Virus record (IMG/VR): IMGVR_UViG_3300009128_000012
Source: an uncultured virus (IMG/VR IMGVR_UViG_3300009128_000012)
Lineage: Duplodnaviria; Heunggongvirae; Uroviricota; Caudoviricetes
DNA: 64,000 bases
Direction: 5' to 3' (one strand)
A program made the position numbers and the translations under genes. The notes below the pieces were generated by a model that did no database searches, had not been told where the DNA came from, and saw only the letters and a list, made by a program, of their open reading frames with translations. Positions within the stretch are counted from its first letter, which is position 1, and the number at the start of each line of letters is the position of its first letter. This document shows positions 1 through 10,546 of this stretch, piece after piece.

Positions 1-2
1 GG

Positions 3-1865
3 GATGAGGATGTCCTGCGTGCGCACCTTCTGGAAGTAGCGCGCCTCGGGGTCGGCCAGGTACATACCATTGTTGGAGTTGGCTACGGCGTGCTTCTCGA
101 TGATCTGCACCGCCGGCGAACCGCCATCCACGCGGCCGAGGTCGGTCTGCCAGTAGTCATCTGACGGCGACTTGGACCTCGACACGCGGAGACCCACATG
201 TGTGCCAGCGTCATCCATGGCGATCTCTGACTGGGCGCCATTGGCAAGTGCGCTGCCGACTCCTGCGGGTGCTAGCAACACGCTGGTTTTGCCGCCGGTG
301 CTGGCGGGGATCACCCGCACGGTGTGGTCGTTGCCGTCGCTGTTGACGTCGAGGTGGTCGCCCGAACCGCCCACACCAGAACCGACGATCTTAGGTGTGG
401 TCAGCGAGGTGCTGAGCACCCCTGCCGGTGCGTTCACGGTTGTGGCGTACAGCGTTGCCCACCGCTCGCTGCTTGTGCCGATATCCTGCGGCGTGCCGTC
501 GGTCAGCAGCGCGCCGGCGCTGTTGAGCTCGGAGATGTAGGCGGTGCCGAAGCGTGTAGCAGTCTTCCCCAGGTCGACGGCGACGGAGGCTGCCGACAGG
601 GTGTCGCCGATGACCAGGTCGTTGCCGTCGCCGCTGATCAGGTTCACGAACAGGGCGGTCCAGCGCGCACCAGTGCTTCCCAGCGAGCGCGTGTCGTCGC
701 CGTCGGGGACTACATCCCCCGTGAAGACACCATAGATGGTGAGGTCCTCTGCCAGCACATTCCAGCGCTCGGTGGCCGTACCCAGCGTGCGGGCGTTCAC
801 GTCGGGCGACAGATCTCCCCCGATGCCGTTGTCGCCGCCGCGGAAGATGCGGCTGTTGACCGCCGCCAGTAGGGCGGCCAGCTGCGCGGCCACGGTGCCC
901 TGTGCAAGGTCCGTCGGAGTCGGCGGGGCGCCGCCACCGGTGGTTGCCAGCGCGCCTGTCACCGCGTCCGAGCCGACGCGCTCGTCGCCTGCGACGGTGG
1001 TGTTGTCGGCCAGGTCCGTGACGATGGCCTCGAGGGCGGCTTTGACCTCGGCTGCCGCATCCCAGGTGCCGGCCGCACCGCCCGCCCATGTCGCCGTGGT
1101 GGAGTGGGTGACGTGCTCCGAGGCGTGCTTGTCGGCGGTGCCGGAGGTGTTGGACACGTGCTTGGAGTACAGATCCACCAGCGTCCGGATGGCATCGCGC
1201 GCGTCGCCGGTCTTGACCACCTTGGCGGCGTCGCCATCGCCGGTGATGTTGAGCCACCACTCCGTGCGGGTCAGGTCCACGGCGGAGATGTCCACGCCGT
1301 TCGTCAGGTGGTTCTCCAGCTTGATGTCGGCGATGAGGATCTTGCCGGTCTGGTGCGCCTCCTTGACGGGTGTGGACGCGATCAGCACCTCCTGGCCGAA
1401 GTCCACGAAGAAGCGGAAGCTCTCGTCCTCCTTGTGGTTCACGGTGAGGCTGTAGCCGTCGGTGCGCGGGTCCGATAGCGCCCGTGCATCCTGGATGTAT
1501 AGCGACATCCAGCGGTGATAGCCTGCCGACGGCGTCTTGTCGTTGCCAGCCGGGGTCCCGCCGGCTCCAATGCCGGTGAGCCCCTCGTAGGCGATGTCGA
1601 TGGTGAAGGACGACGTGGTCTTGACCCTCTTGCCGTTGGCGGTGTAGCCCCAGCCAGCGATGACCTGGACATCGGAGGAGGGGTCCCCGGACTGGCTGGC
1701 GGTCCAGCCGGAGATGATGCCCCCGCGCTCGAACGGGTCGGTCTCGTTGACAGCCAGCCCGTGGTCGATGGCGAAGTTCCACAGGGCGCGCTCCGCGTCT
1801 GCGAAGGCAGCGTCGAGCTCAGCCTCGGTGAGTACCTGAAGGTAGAAGAAGTTTTTCCTGTCCAT
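3..1865 (-). CDS. Tail fibre / receptor-binding protein (partial, runs off the left edge, >620 aa)
   Basis: Hand translation from ATG at 1865 (GAGGAG upstream) gives MDRKNFFYLQVLTEAELDAAFADAERAL. It carries P-D-x-x-x-R-x-LG-x-x-x-x-RW fibre repeats and lies downstream of the baseplate genes. Absent from the ORF track, presumably because it is truncated. Confidence 0.75.
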   Translation of the reverse strand, partial: MDRKNFFYLQVLTEAELDAAFADAERALWNFAIDHGLAVNETDPFERGGIISGWTASQSGDPSSDVQVIAGWGYTANGKRVKTTSSFTIDIAYEGLTGIGAGGTPAGNDKTPSAGYHRWMSLYIQDARALSDPRTDGYSLTVNHKEDESFRFFVDFGQEVLIASTPVKEAHQTGKILIADIKLENHLTNGVDISAVDLTRTEWWLNITGDGDAAKVVKTGDARDAIRTLVDLYSKHVSNTSGTADKHASEHVTHSTTATWAGGAAGTWDAAAEVKAALEAIVTDLADNTTVAGDERVGSDAVTGALATTGGGAPPTPTDLAQGTVAAQLAALLAAVNSRIFRGGDNGIGGDLSPDVNARTLGTATERWNVLAEDLTIYGVFTGDVVPDGDDTRSLGSTGARWTALFVNLISGDGNDLVIGDTLSAASVAVDLGKTATRFGTAYISELNSAGALLTDGTPQDIGTSSERWATLYATTVNAPAGVLSTSLTTPKIVGSGVGGSGDHLDVNSDGNDHTVRVIPASTGGKTSVLLAPAGVGSALANGAQSEIAMDDAGTHVGLRVSRSKSPSDDYWQTDLGRVDGGSPAVQIIEKHAVANSNNGMYLADPEARYFQKVRTQDILI

Positions 1866-1895
1866 GCTGAACTCCTCGCTTACCGCGCGCAGCGG

Positions 1896-4316
1896 TTAGG
1901 GTACACCGGATCCACCGGTCCAAACAAGCCTGGCGTAGTGCGTGTGGCACGGCCGGAGCGCGTCCACGATTTCCTTGATGATCAGTTTCTGCGCAGCCGT
2001 CGGCTCCGATGCGGTGAGCACCACCTCGAAGGAGTAGCGCGCCCATCCCAGATCAGGGCCCAGGATGGTGGTCAGCCCGAGTTGGTGCACACCCAGCTTC
2101 CAGTGCGCGTCCGGCCGGTAGTACGGACGCACCGTCGTGGTGATGCTGAGAAAGTACTCGATGGCCTCCTCGATGTTGCTGGCGCAACCCTTGTTGCGAT
2201 AGATGCGCACCAGCAGCGGGATGATCGCACGCTTGCGCTCGGATGACAGGCCGTCGATGAACCGGAAGGGGTTACCCAGATGCTCTAGCAAGTGCGGTAG
2301 CACATGCTCCGGTGTGATGTCGGGATCGAGGATATTGCCGAAGCGGTCCACATCCTGCAGCAGCACCCGCGCCACGTCGTCGAGGCACTTGACCAGCTTC
2401 TCGGCATCCCGCGTGACGTCCTCGTCCTTGTTGAACTGCGGGATCATATCCCACAGACCAAAGTCGCGGCGTGCCAGTGGCCCGCCACTGGCTTCTGGTG
2501 TTGCCCCGGCACCGGCCTTCGTCCAGTACTGCGGCTGCCAGCCGAGGAAGGATGCGGTGCCGCTCACCACGTTGTAGGCGTCATCCGCGCGGTTTGCTGC
2601 ATACAGAGTGCAGTCGCGCCCCGGGGACAGGTCATCGATGAGAGTGAGGATGGCGATCTTGTCTGCCACCTCCCCTGTGCCAAGCGAGAACGTAGAAGGC
2701 GCTGCAGCTGCTTTGACGATGCCGTGCGTGCCGGGGTCCACCACGTTGGCCGCAGCAGGCGTGGGCTCCACTTTGAAGCCTGAGAGATACAGCTGAGGCG
2801 GGTCGTCTTGTGTCGGGTCGGGCGGCGACTCATTTACGATGGTCTCGGCCACCTTGACCTGCGTCGCTGACGTGCGCTCCGTGATGGTCTTCGGCCCGTT
2901 GTTGGGGGCCTTCAGCGCACCGTGCACGCCAATGAACATCCCATCCACTCCAGCTGGGATGTCCGCTGTGGGGCAGTTGATGATATTAGGTGCCACGAAG
3001 GTGTTCTGCCCTGACACATCCAGCACGTAGTACATCGAGCGCCGGTCGGTGCTGTCTGTCAGCATCTCCTCGTTGAACTTGACCTTGACCTTGCGGTAGT
3101 CCCAGCTCACCGCTGACACCAGCGCTGGTGCCAGCACATCCTTGATTGTGAACTGCCAAATTGTTGCGATGCTGCCGCCGCCATCCGTGCTGGCGGTGAT
3201 CTCGACGTACACCACCTCCTCCGAGATGAAGTCGGTGGTGTGCTCTAGCTTCAGGTGGTTCACGTCATCGACGGCCGACCCTGGGGACTGATCGAAGGTG
3301 TCGGTCACCGTCCAGCCGGCGGCGGTCTGCGCCAGCGCTTGATCGTACACCAGGGTCTTGACGGAGTTGGTGGTGACCCACACCTTCAAGTCCTTGCTCA
3401 GCCCGGTGCCAGCTGTACGCGTGTCGAAGATGGAGAAGAGGACGGGCTCATCAGCATCCACGCCGATGGAGTCGGACACCGGAATCCGGTTGGCCAGGTG
3501 CAGGTCGTTCGGCCCGGTCAGGTTCGAGACGTAGTCCAGCCAGACACCGCCCATGGTCATCTTGATCGGGTAGGTCTCGGTCGCGGTCGTGTCGAACGTC
3601 CAGGTGGTATCCAGCACACCCGGTGTGGCTTGCAGATCTTCAGCGTACACAGCCACTGTGACAGTGGTGCCGGCTGGCAGCAGGCAGTGCGGGTTGATCA
3701 CATACTTGAGCGAGGTCCCGTCTGGCTGGACCGTCTTGGTGACACCGAAGTCACCCACGGCCGCACCGTTCTGCCAGCAGATGACGTTCTGCACCTTCAG
3801 CACCACCGAGGACTCATTGATCGACGTGGGGTTGCCGCCGCTGGCCCCCAAGACCATGTTCTTGCCCAGCTTGGTCACGCCGAGTACAGCATGCTCCAAG
3901 CCGTTGATGGTCAGCTCGATGTTACTGTCCAGCGCCACGTCTGAGCTGCTAGGTGCTGGGGTGTTGTCCTTGAGTCCGGGCGCGCTGTACGCCGTGACGA
4001 AGGCGAAGGACTCGTACAGCATGTCGCTGCTGCCATCGTCGGCGATGACATGCACAGCGACACCGGAGCCTACTGAGAGTGCGCTACCCGGCTCAACGGT
4101 GTACTGGTGCCCGCCGGTGACCGGCGTGCGTGTCACCGTGTAGCCGTTCTGCGCGGCCTCGCTCTGCCAGACGAGGACCTCCTGCAGGTAGATCTCGACC
4201 GAGGTCGCGTCCAACCCGGTGCCCCCGTCCACCACCTCGAGGATGATGTCAGACGTCGTCAGGACGTCAAGGGCGCCGTGCGCCGGGGTGGTGTTCTGGA
4301 GAATCGGAGCAGCCAT
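1896..4316 (-). CDS. Baseplate wedge / P2 gpI-like tail protein with N-terminal Ig-like repeats
   Basis: C-terminal LWDMIPQFNKDED...ILDPDITPEHVLPHLLEHLG resembles Tail_P2_I; N-terminal repeated NTTPA/NTPAP Ig-like (Big_5-type) units. Confidence 0.75.
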   Translation of the reverse strand: MAAPILQNTTPAHGALDVLTTSDIILEVVDGGTGLDATSVEIYLQEVLVWQSEAAQNGYTVTRTPVTGGHQYTVEPGSALSVGSGVAVHVIADDGSSDMLYESFAFVTAYSAPGLKDNTPAPSSSDVALDSNIELTINGLEHAVLGVTKLGKNMVLGASGGNPTSINESSVVLKVQNVICWQNGAAVGDFGVTKTVQPDGTSLKYVINPHCLLPAGTTVTVAVYAEDLQATPGVLDTTWTFDTTATETYPIKMTMGGVWLDYVSNLTGPNDLHLANRIPVSDSIGVDADEPVLFSIFDTRTAGTGLSKDLKVWVTTNSVKTLVYDQALAQTAAGWTVTDTFDQSPGSAVDDVNHLKLEHTTDFISEEVVYVEITASTDGGGSIATIWQFTIKDVLAPALVSAVSWDYRKVKVKFNEEMLTDSTDRRSMYYVLDVSGQNTFVAPNIINCPTADIPAGVDGMFIGVHGALKAPNNGPKTITERTSATQVKVAETIVNESPPDPTQDDPPQLYLSGFKVEPTPAAANVVDPGTHGIVKAAAAPSTFSLGTGEVADKIAILTLIDDLSPGRDCTLYAANRADDAYNVVSGTASFLGWQPQYWTKAGAGATPEASGGPLARRDFGLWDMIPQFNKDEDVTRDAEKLVKCLDDVARVLLQDVDRFGNILDPDITPEHVLPHLLEHLGNPFRFIDGLSSERKRAIIPLLVRIYRNKGCASNIEEAIEYFLSITTTVRPYYRPDAHWKLGVHQLGLTTILGPDLGWARYSFEVVLTASEPTAAQKLIIKEIVDALRPCHTHYARLVWTGGSGVP

Positions 4317-4999
4317 TACGGATTCCTCAGCACGAGCTCAAGCCGGTAAACCACCGTGCAGACTCCGGTGCACTTTCGCACGTCAACTGCCCAGTTGCTT
4401 GAGCCGATCCACGTGCTGTTGATGCACAGCGGCCCCCAGGTGTCATCGCTGCCGGGGGTCACTGCCAGCTGCTCATCGCCATCGATTAGAATCGAGAACT
4501 TCCACTCGGCGGCCTTGATCACAGCGGTGATGGGCCCTGCATCAGCCTGCACCGGGTAGCGCAGCAGCGCCATGGTGCTGCTCAACACGCTGTCGATGCG
4601 ATTCACGCAGTTGTTGAAGACGTAGGAAGCGCCTGAGATCTTGACCGGCATGCCGTCGTGTGCAGCAGTCAACGCCACGTTCGGCGACAGGATGGCGGAC
4701 AGGTCGTCGCCGGTGGCGGTCACGTCCCCACGTACAAGCTGCGCACCGCTGGAGATGTCCGTGTCGCTCTTGAGCGTCGGCTGCCGGATCTGGGCGTCGA
4801 GAAGCAACATCCGCGCGCTTGACAGGTCCAGGTCCTGCGACACCTGCACGCGGTCGCCGACCTCCAGGTTGTCTAACCGCGCCAGCTCGTCTCCTAGCAC
4901 AAAGACGTAGCTGCCTGCGCCCTGCACCGGGCCATACTCGGTGGGCAAGATGCGCCCCTGGCGGGTGCCGAGGGCAAGCTGGAATGGGCTTCGACTCAT
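4316..4999 (-). CDS. Hypothetical virion/baseplate protein
   Basis: ATG at 4999 (MSRSPFQ) just after the upstream stop; beta-rich; within the tail operon. Confidence 0.6.
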   Translation of the reverse strand: MSRSPFQLALGTRQGRILPTEYGPVQGAGSYVFVLGDELARLDNLEVGDRVQVSQDLDLSSARMLLLDAQIRQPTLKSDTDISSGAQLVRGDVTATGDDLSAILSPNVALTAAHDGMPVKISGASYVFNNCVNRIDSVLSSTMALLRYPVQADAGPITAVIKAAEWKFSILIDGDEQLAVTPGSDDTWGPLCINSTWIGSSNWAVDVRKCTGVCTVVYRLELVLRNP

Positions 5000-5007
5000 C
5001 GCATCAC

Positions 5008-5727
5008 CTACTTGGCGCGGGCCACCTCCAGCTGGTCGAAGAACATGCGGCAGTTGGCCTTGATGCACTGGAAGAAGACACCAGCGTACCCGCCCGCCAG
5101 CGGTGTTGTGGCTCCCGTATCGGCGCAGTTGATGCCCAGCGCGTCGTCGACGAAGTCAGTCATGCCTGAGATGGCTTCCCACGAGGGCGCGTCCACGTTG
5201 TCGGTGTCGAGGTCGTTGCTGAAGCACTTGAGCACCACGTCACCGTTGGGGTTCACGATCACGTCCAGCCGCAGGTGGTGCCACGTGTCAGCGTTGAAGG
5301 TCGCCGATGACCTGCGCAGGATGTACGCCGCAGTTGGGCTCAGCCCCGACAGGATGGAGCACTTCGCGAGAACGATCTCGTGCGGGTCGTTGTCGCTCAG
5401 GCCCAGGATGTAGGCGTAGTCCCCCTTGGTCGCTGCCTGCAGGCAGCCGAACAGCCCCCCCGAGAAGCCAGTGGCGTATGCCGACGTCGCCCTCTTCACA
5501 GCGCCTCGCACCGAGCAGCCGGTTGGGCCAGATGCGTCGTCCACCAGCGGCGCGAAGTTGAGCTTGTTGACGTACATGCCCACCGCGTCGGAGGTGGTCG
5601 TGACGGACTGGAAGCCGAGCAGGAACTGGTTGGTTCCGCTGTGCGCCGGTGGGGTGAAGCCGGCCGTGGCCGCTCGCTTGATAGCCGCCGCGTCCGCGCC
5701 GAAGAAAGTGTAATCTGACTCTGCCAT
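5008..5727 (-). CDS. Hypothetical virion protein (beta-sandwich/lectin-like)
   Basis: GAGGAG SD; WHHLRLDVIVNPNGDVVL motif; operon position. Confidence 0.6.
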   Translation of the reverse strand: MAESDYTFFGADAAAIKRAATAGFTPPAHSGTNQFLLGFQSVTTTSDAVGMYVNKLNFAPLVDDASGPTGCSVRGAVKRATSAYATGFSGGLFGCLQAATKGDYAYILGLSDNDPHEIVLAKCSILSGLSPTAAYILRRSSATFNADTWHHLRLDVIVNPNGDVVLKCFSNDLDTDNVDAPSWEAISGMTDFVDDALGINCADTGATTPLAGGYAGVFFQCIKANCRMFFDQLEVARAK

Positions 5728-5739
5728 TGCCTGCTCCTC

Positions 5740-7098
5740 TTAGAGGGTGTTGATCGTCCAGTCAGCTCCCTCGAATTCTTCCATGTTGGCCGGGTCGCCC
5801 TTGACCGTCACGACACTATCCGTCGCTCCGGAGATTTCTGCAACCGAGTCGATCTCGGTGACGCCCTTGCCCTCAGACCCCCCAACAGCCGTCAGGTCGA
5901 AGTAGACTACCGACCCGACCGCCGCGCCGGCGGCGATGGTGACGCGCCCCTTCCGGCTGCTGCGCGCGAAGCCATCGGTGAAGGTCACCTCCAGCACCTG
6001 CTGCACCGCTGGCGACGTGACCACCTCCACCCACAGCCGCGGGCTGTACTGGTTACGGCTGTAGCTTGGTGGTGACGGCGCCGCCCAGTCGAGGCCGAAC
6101 GTCCCGAACGTGACGTCGGTTCCCAGCCCAGCGCTTTCAAGCTGGTCCACGGTGCTGTCGGCGCTGTAGGCGAGGATGTTGTTCTCGTTGTCCTTCCACC
6201 CGCTCTCGAAGTCCTCGTAGTCCTTGGCGCCCACGTGGCTCGCCATCTCCAGCTGTGCTCCGGTGAAGCGCCACTCCTCTGCCACCCCATCCCAGTACTT
6301 GGCAGCGAAGCTGTGGTTGAGGTAGTCCAGCCGGTTGCCGGGCAGCATCCAGTTGGCCTCGAAGTTCTCAACGCTGGCGCTCTCGGACTGTAAGTCCGAC
6401 CAGTCGTCGAGGTGCGCCACGTGGCCATCGGGCCAGTCCACGGCGTTGGTGGTGCCTTGCACAGTGGTAGTCGCCAAGCCAAGAGCTGTGGCCACGTCGC
6501 CCGCGTTGACCTTGAGTGTGGCGCTGGCGCCGAAGGCGGTGCCGCGGATCACCAGCGCAGTGCTGCTTCTCTCGATGGCAGTAGCGCCGACCAGATCGCG
6601 CTTCAGGACACGCACCATCTCCTTGACGGTGGCTGCCCCGATGTTGACGAAGTCGGCTGTGGCCAGCGTGATGGTCTTGGTGGCGCCGCCGTCGACGCTG
6701 TACACCAGCGTCTGACCGTTGCTCAGCGCCCACGGGGCTGCATTGGTGCTGTTGACCTCGGGGGCAGTCTTGCCCATGCCGTACTGCTTGCCCTGCTCGT
6801 CGACGTCGTTGTCGAACAGGTCCGGGACGGACCAGCCGCTCTCGAAGTGCTCAGCGGTTAGAGCGGCAATGAGCGCCCACTCCAGCTGTGTGTCAGGATC
6901 TGTATAGCTGAAGATGCTCTCCTCGTTGGTGACAAGCCCGCCCTTGAGATCTGTCCACTGCTCCTCGAAGTCCTCAACCGTCTCGAAGTCGGTCCCGTCC
7001 ACCTCAGCCCAGTCCCGCCCTCCAGACACCTCTGCCAGCGTCCAGCTGGCTGCTGAACCCTTGGTGGTTCCTGCTGTCCCGAAGTCTTCGTTGGCCAT
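5740..7098 (-). CDS. Acidic tail/baseplate protein with ExFExxW repeats and a domain shared with the sheath
   Basis: ATG at 7098 (MANEDF); repeats EDFEEQW, EHFESGW, ENFEANW, EDFESGW, EEFEGADW. Confidence 0.65.
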   Translation of the reverse strand: MANEDFGTAGTTKGSAASWTLAEVSGGRDWAEVDGTDFETVEDFEEQWTDLKGGLVTNEESIFSYTDPDTQLEWALIAALTAEHFESGWSVPDLFDNDVDEQGKQYGMGKTAPEVNSTNAAPWALSNGQTLVYSVDGGATKTITLATADFVNIGAATVKEMVRVLKRDLVGATAIERSSTALVIRGTAFGASATLKVNAGDVATALGLATTTVQGTTNAVDWPDGHVAHLDDWSDLQSESASVENFEANWMLPGNRLDYLNHSFAAKYWDGVAEEWRFTGAQLEMASHVGAKDYEDFESGWKDNENNILAYSADSTVDQLESAGLGTDVTFGTFGLDWAAPSPPSYSRNQYSPRLWVEVVTSPAVQQVLEVTFTDGFARSSRKGRVTIAAGAAVGSVVYFDLTAVGGSEGKGVTEIDSVAEISGATDSVVTVKGDPANMEEFEGADWTINTL

Positions 7099-7108
7099 GG
7101 TCTTCTCG

Positions 7109-8647
7109 CTAGATGGTGGCCCCCGTGTCAACGTCGACGATGGACGTGGTGCCCAGCCGAGGGAACTGCTTGTTCTGCATCACCACGGACTGGCGCAGCG
7201 TGTTGAGCAACAACCCCGTTGTGCTCTCGCTGACCTTGCGCACGCCAGTGGTGTCGCGGATGACATTGAAGACGTCGCTCCAGACCACCTCAGCGACGAT
7301 GGTGCCAGCCGCGTTTTTCAGATTGGCACCGAAGTCGATGTCGGGGTTCGCCACACCCGCGCTGAGCTGCGCCGCGAAGAAGTCAGCCAGGTTGGTCCGG
7401 ATGGCGTTGCCGACCGTAGTCGAGTTGACGCCCTGCTCCAGGTACACGCGGGCGGCGATGTTGATGTCCTTGAAGACAGCAGCTCGCGCCTCCCAGGTGA
7501 ACGTGAGCATCGGTGGCTTGCTGGTGTTGATGTAGGTCTCGATGTTGGTCAGCAGCGTAGTGGACGGCGCCGCCGGCGCGATGCGCCCAGAGGCCAGCGT
7601 GGTGCCGCGAGCCACCACGTACATGATGCCGGAGTTCTCCGCGATGGAGCTGCCCTCGTTGCTGGTCAGCATCAGCGCCCGCGCCACGCCGCTGACGGAC
7701 TGCCCGGCGTCCTCGAAGTCTTGCTTGCTGACGGTGCGTGTCAGGGTGCGCAGCGAGGCTGGAAGCTGGGCGCGGACTTCCTCGATGCCCATCCTGTCGG
7801 TGCCGCCGGAGCAGGCTGCGGCGTTGGTCACCTCCAAATACACGTTGGCGTTGAGGTCGTCGACCAGGGTGACGTCCATGACGTTGATCATGTCCGCTTC
7901 GACGTTGCCTGCGACACCGCCTCCGGTCTTGTAGCTGACGCTGATCTCGCCTGAGGGAATCTCCCCGTTCACGCCATTGCCGAACTGGATGTAGCCGCGG
8001 TCCTCCTGGTCTACTGACACCACAAACACCTTCGAGGTGGAAGTGGACCCAAGGAAGGTGGTCTGCTCAGTGTACGGTGCACCGGCCACGGTCACGGTGG
8101 CGCTGCTGTCGAGGAACGGGGTGTAGTCCAGCGGCACGCGCTGGTTGGGAGTCCCATCCGCTTGGAACAGCTGTAGATGGGCTTCAGCCTGCTCCACCGC
8201 CACGTCCTTGGTGAGCTCTCCGATGGCGACGGTCTGTAACGCGGTGGTTCGGAAGTACACCGGGTCCTCTGGATCATCCGTTCGCACCACGGTGCCGACA
8301 GGGATGGGAATGGCGCGGGTGTGCGCTGATGCTAGCGAGAAGGTCACCGTGCCTGTGGCACTTGCAGCACCCTGGATGGTGTAGTTGAGCAGCCGCGCCA
8401 GCCGGATGGCTGAGATGCGCTGGGACATGGTCCCAAGAAAGCACTCCGCGGCTTGGTTGTCCTGATAGAAGCCGATCACGTCGCCGACGTGTGCCATCAT
8501 TTCCAGCAGGATGTTACCAAAGGTCGCCTCGTTGAAGTCCGTCCAGTTGCTGTACACACCCTGAATCAGGTCCTGCAACCGGAAGCGCAGGCTGGCGAAG
8601 TCGCGGTCGGTGTAGTCCAGATTCCGCTGCAGTGTTGACGTGGTCAT
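7109..8647 (-). CDS. Baseplate J/gp47-like wedge protein
   Basis: LDYTDRDFASLR, WTDFNEATFGNILLE, FGNGVNGEIP, YKTGGGVAGNV, RTVSKQDFE motifs; ATGA overlap with the gp25 gene. Confidence 0.9.
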   Translation of the reverse strand: MTTSTLQRNLDYTDRDFASLRFRLQDLIQGVYSNWTDFNEATFGNILLEMMAHVGDVIGFYQDNQAAECFLGTMSQRISAIRLARLLNYTIQGAASATGTVTFSLASAHTRAIPIPVGTVVRTDDPEDPVYFRTTALQTVAIGELTKDVAVEQAEAHLQLFQADGTPNQRVPLDYTPFLDSSATVTVAGAPYTEQTTFLGSTSTSKVFVVSVDQEDRGYIQFGNGVNGEIPSGEISVSYKTGGGVAGNVEADMINVMDVTLVDDLNANVYLEVTNAAACSGGTDRMGIEEVRAQLPASLRTLTRTVSKQDFEDAGQSVSGVARALMLTSNEGSSIAENSGIMYVVARGTTLASGRIAPAAPSTTLLTNIETYINTSKPPMLTFTWEARAAVFKDINIAARVYLEQGVNSTTVGNAIRTNLADFFAAQLSAGVANPDIDFGANLKNAAGTIVAEVVWSDVFNVIRDTTGVRKVSESTTGLLLNTLRQSVVMQNKQFPRLGTTSIVDVDTGATI

Positions 8648-9060
8648 ACCGTGACCTCCTGCGTGACCGGACCCACGATCACGTTGTTGTCGGCCTTGGC
8701 CTCGGTGACGATCTGCCAGCGGACCTTGACGCGAGCCCTGTTTTCGATCTTGCCCGCATCGCACTCGACGATCTCGATGCGCGGCTCATAGTCGGTCAGG
8801 GCCTCGAGCACCTCGCCAGCGATGGCTGCCACGAGTGCATCCGTCAGGTTGCGGTGCCGGTAGCGCTCCACATCCAAACCGAAGGACGGCTTCCATGGCA
8901 GCTCGCCCTTCTTGGTGTGCAAGATCTGCTCAACCGCTGCCTTGATCAACTCGGCACCCTGCGCCGCGAGGTAGTCGCCGGAGCCTCCGCGGCGCAGTGG
9001 CTGCGCGATGCACTTCCCCAGCTGTGCGTTCTTGTACGCCTCTGCTGTCGTGATGGACAT
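8644..9060 (-). CDS. GPW/gp25 family baseplate wedge protein
   Basis: QILHTKKGELPWKPSFG...YEPRIEI motif. Confidence 0.9.
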   Translation of the reverse strand: MSITTAEAYKNAQLGKCIAQPLRRGGSGDYLAAQGAELIKAAVEQILHTKKGELPWKPSFGLDVERYRHRNLTDALVAAIAGEVLEALTDYEPRIEIVECDAGKIENRARVKVRWQIVTEAKADNNVIVGPVTQEVTV

Positions 9061-9920
9061 CAGTCGAGCCCCGTTGCTGGATTATTGAAAGTGGGCCAGT
9101 CGATATCTGGTGCGGTGAACTGCATGCCGAGGATGGCCTTACCCGCCGACTCGACGTAGAGGATAGCCTCTCGGCAGACCTGCAGCAGCAGCAGCAGGTT
9201 TCTCAGGTCCGGCCAGTCCGTAGACGCGTCGAAATCACCGATGGCGTCCTGGGCCGTAGTGATCTTCTGCGTGACCGAGTACAGCTTGCCCGCAGGCGTG
9301 TCGGGGTCGTTCTTGTTGCCTGGCAGGAAGGACTCGATGATCATCATCTGGTTGATGAAGCTCTGCACGATGCCTGCGATCAAGCCTGCGATGATGAGGA
9401 TGTTGGCCGACTCCTGCTTGAGGTTAGCCTGCGCGCAGTTACCGATCTCCACCGTGTACGGGTCGGGGTCGAGCAGTGCTGCCTTGATCAGCGTGATCTG
9501 CGCGTCGATGGCGTCCAGCAGGCTGATGATGTCGTCGATCATGCTGCGCAGGGCGACCATGATGTCCACCAGTAGCTTGACGTAGGCTATCGGGGGGAAC
9601 AGTGCGGCCAAGTCCGCGAGCGCTGCGGTCAGCTTCTCGAGGCAGTTGATCACCGGCATGGGTGATAGCTCCTCGACTGCGTCCTTGACCGCCCGGGCGC
9701 ACTTCTCCAGCGCCAAGATCACCGCCAAGATCTTGAGGATGGTCCAGAAGGGCGCAGCAGCCGGCAGCGCGGCATTCAGTAACCGGAAGGCGTGCGTCGA
9801 GACTCTGGGCACCTCGTTGAGTGAGCTGGCGAAGGCTTTCAGCGAGCCCATGCCAGGGATGGTGATCTCCAGGTCTTCTGGGCGTAGAGGAAGCTCAACA
9901 CATGTGACTGGCGTAGCCAT
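9060..9920 (-). CDS. Hypothetical helical baseplate-region protein
   Basis: 286 aa, hydrophobic helices, tightly coupled to both neighbours. Confidence 0.6.
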   Translation of the reverse strand: MATPVTCVELPLRPEDLEITIPGMGSLKAFASSLNEVPRVSTHAFRLLNAALPAAAPFWTILKILAVILALEKCARAVKDAVEELSPMPVINCLEKLTAALADLAALFPPIAYVKLLVDIMVALRSMIDDIISLLDAIDAQITLIKAALLDPDPYTVEIGNCAQANLKQESANILIIAGLIAGIVQSFINQMMIIESFLPGNKNDPDTPAGKLYSVTQKITTAQDAIGDFDASTDWPDLRNLLLLLQVCREAILYVESAGKAILGMQFTAPDIDWPTFNNPATGLD

Positions 9921-10546
9921 TACTTCGTCTTCCCCGTTTGCGCATTGTAGCCCAAGCCCTGCGCCATGACCTTGGGAGTCACACGCAGCTGTGTCGCAGT
10001 TTCCAAGAATGTCAGCGCGAGCTTATACTCTAGCGGGTAGCCCGACCGGTTGAAACGCTCATAGGTGATATCCAGCTGTGTCACCACGCCGATGAAGGCC
10101 AAGCTTGCATTTGGCCAGATGATCTCCACACGGGGCGGCGAGCGCCTGGGGCCTGTCGGCACCGTGAGCGACTGGAAGAAGTTGCGGTACTGCAGTGGGT
10201 TGATCTTGTCAGACTCCCACCCCTTGGCAATGAAGATGCCGTAGGCGACCCACAGCTCCATCGAGATCTCGCGCGCGGCAGTGCGGGTGTACTGCACGAT
10301 CTCCTGCGAAAGCCCAATCACCGGCCGCCTGGCATACTGCGGCGCGACCGACTCGCGAAACGACTCGGGGTTGAGCAGTGCGTGTAGCTCGCGCACGGAG
10401 CCGATGCGCTTCGCATTGCGCAGCCGGAACAGCACCAGGTCAGACCTCGCGATGCGGCCGAAGGGGTCGCCCTCGCCCGCCGGCGGGTCGAGAGCCAACT
10501 CGTCCTTGCCGTAGTATGGCGGTACATATTTGCCAGTTGTGGTCAT
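9920..10546 (-). CDS. CIS tube-initiator-like protein (Afp7/Pvc7-type)
   Basis: LNPESFRES...Y.R..V.GLS.E..QY....R.ISMEL...PPRV...W...F.GV...L...Y.RF...G.P pattern. Confidence 0.7.
   Translation of the reverse strand: MTTTGKYVPPYYGKDELALDPPAGEGDPFGRIARSDLVLFRLRNAKRIGSVRELHALLNPESFRESVAPQYARRPVIGLSQEIVQYTRTAAREISMELWVAYGIFIAKGWESDKINPLQYRNFFQSLTVPTGPRRSPPRVEIIWPNASLAFIGVVTQLDITYERFNRSGYPLEYKLALTFLETATQLRVTPKVMAQGLGYNAQTGKTK

Noticed and set aside
391..1782. 463-aa Arg-rich minus-strand ORF in the track
   Set aside because: Wrong frame; the real gene is the fibre frame starting at 1865.
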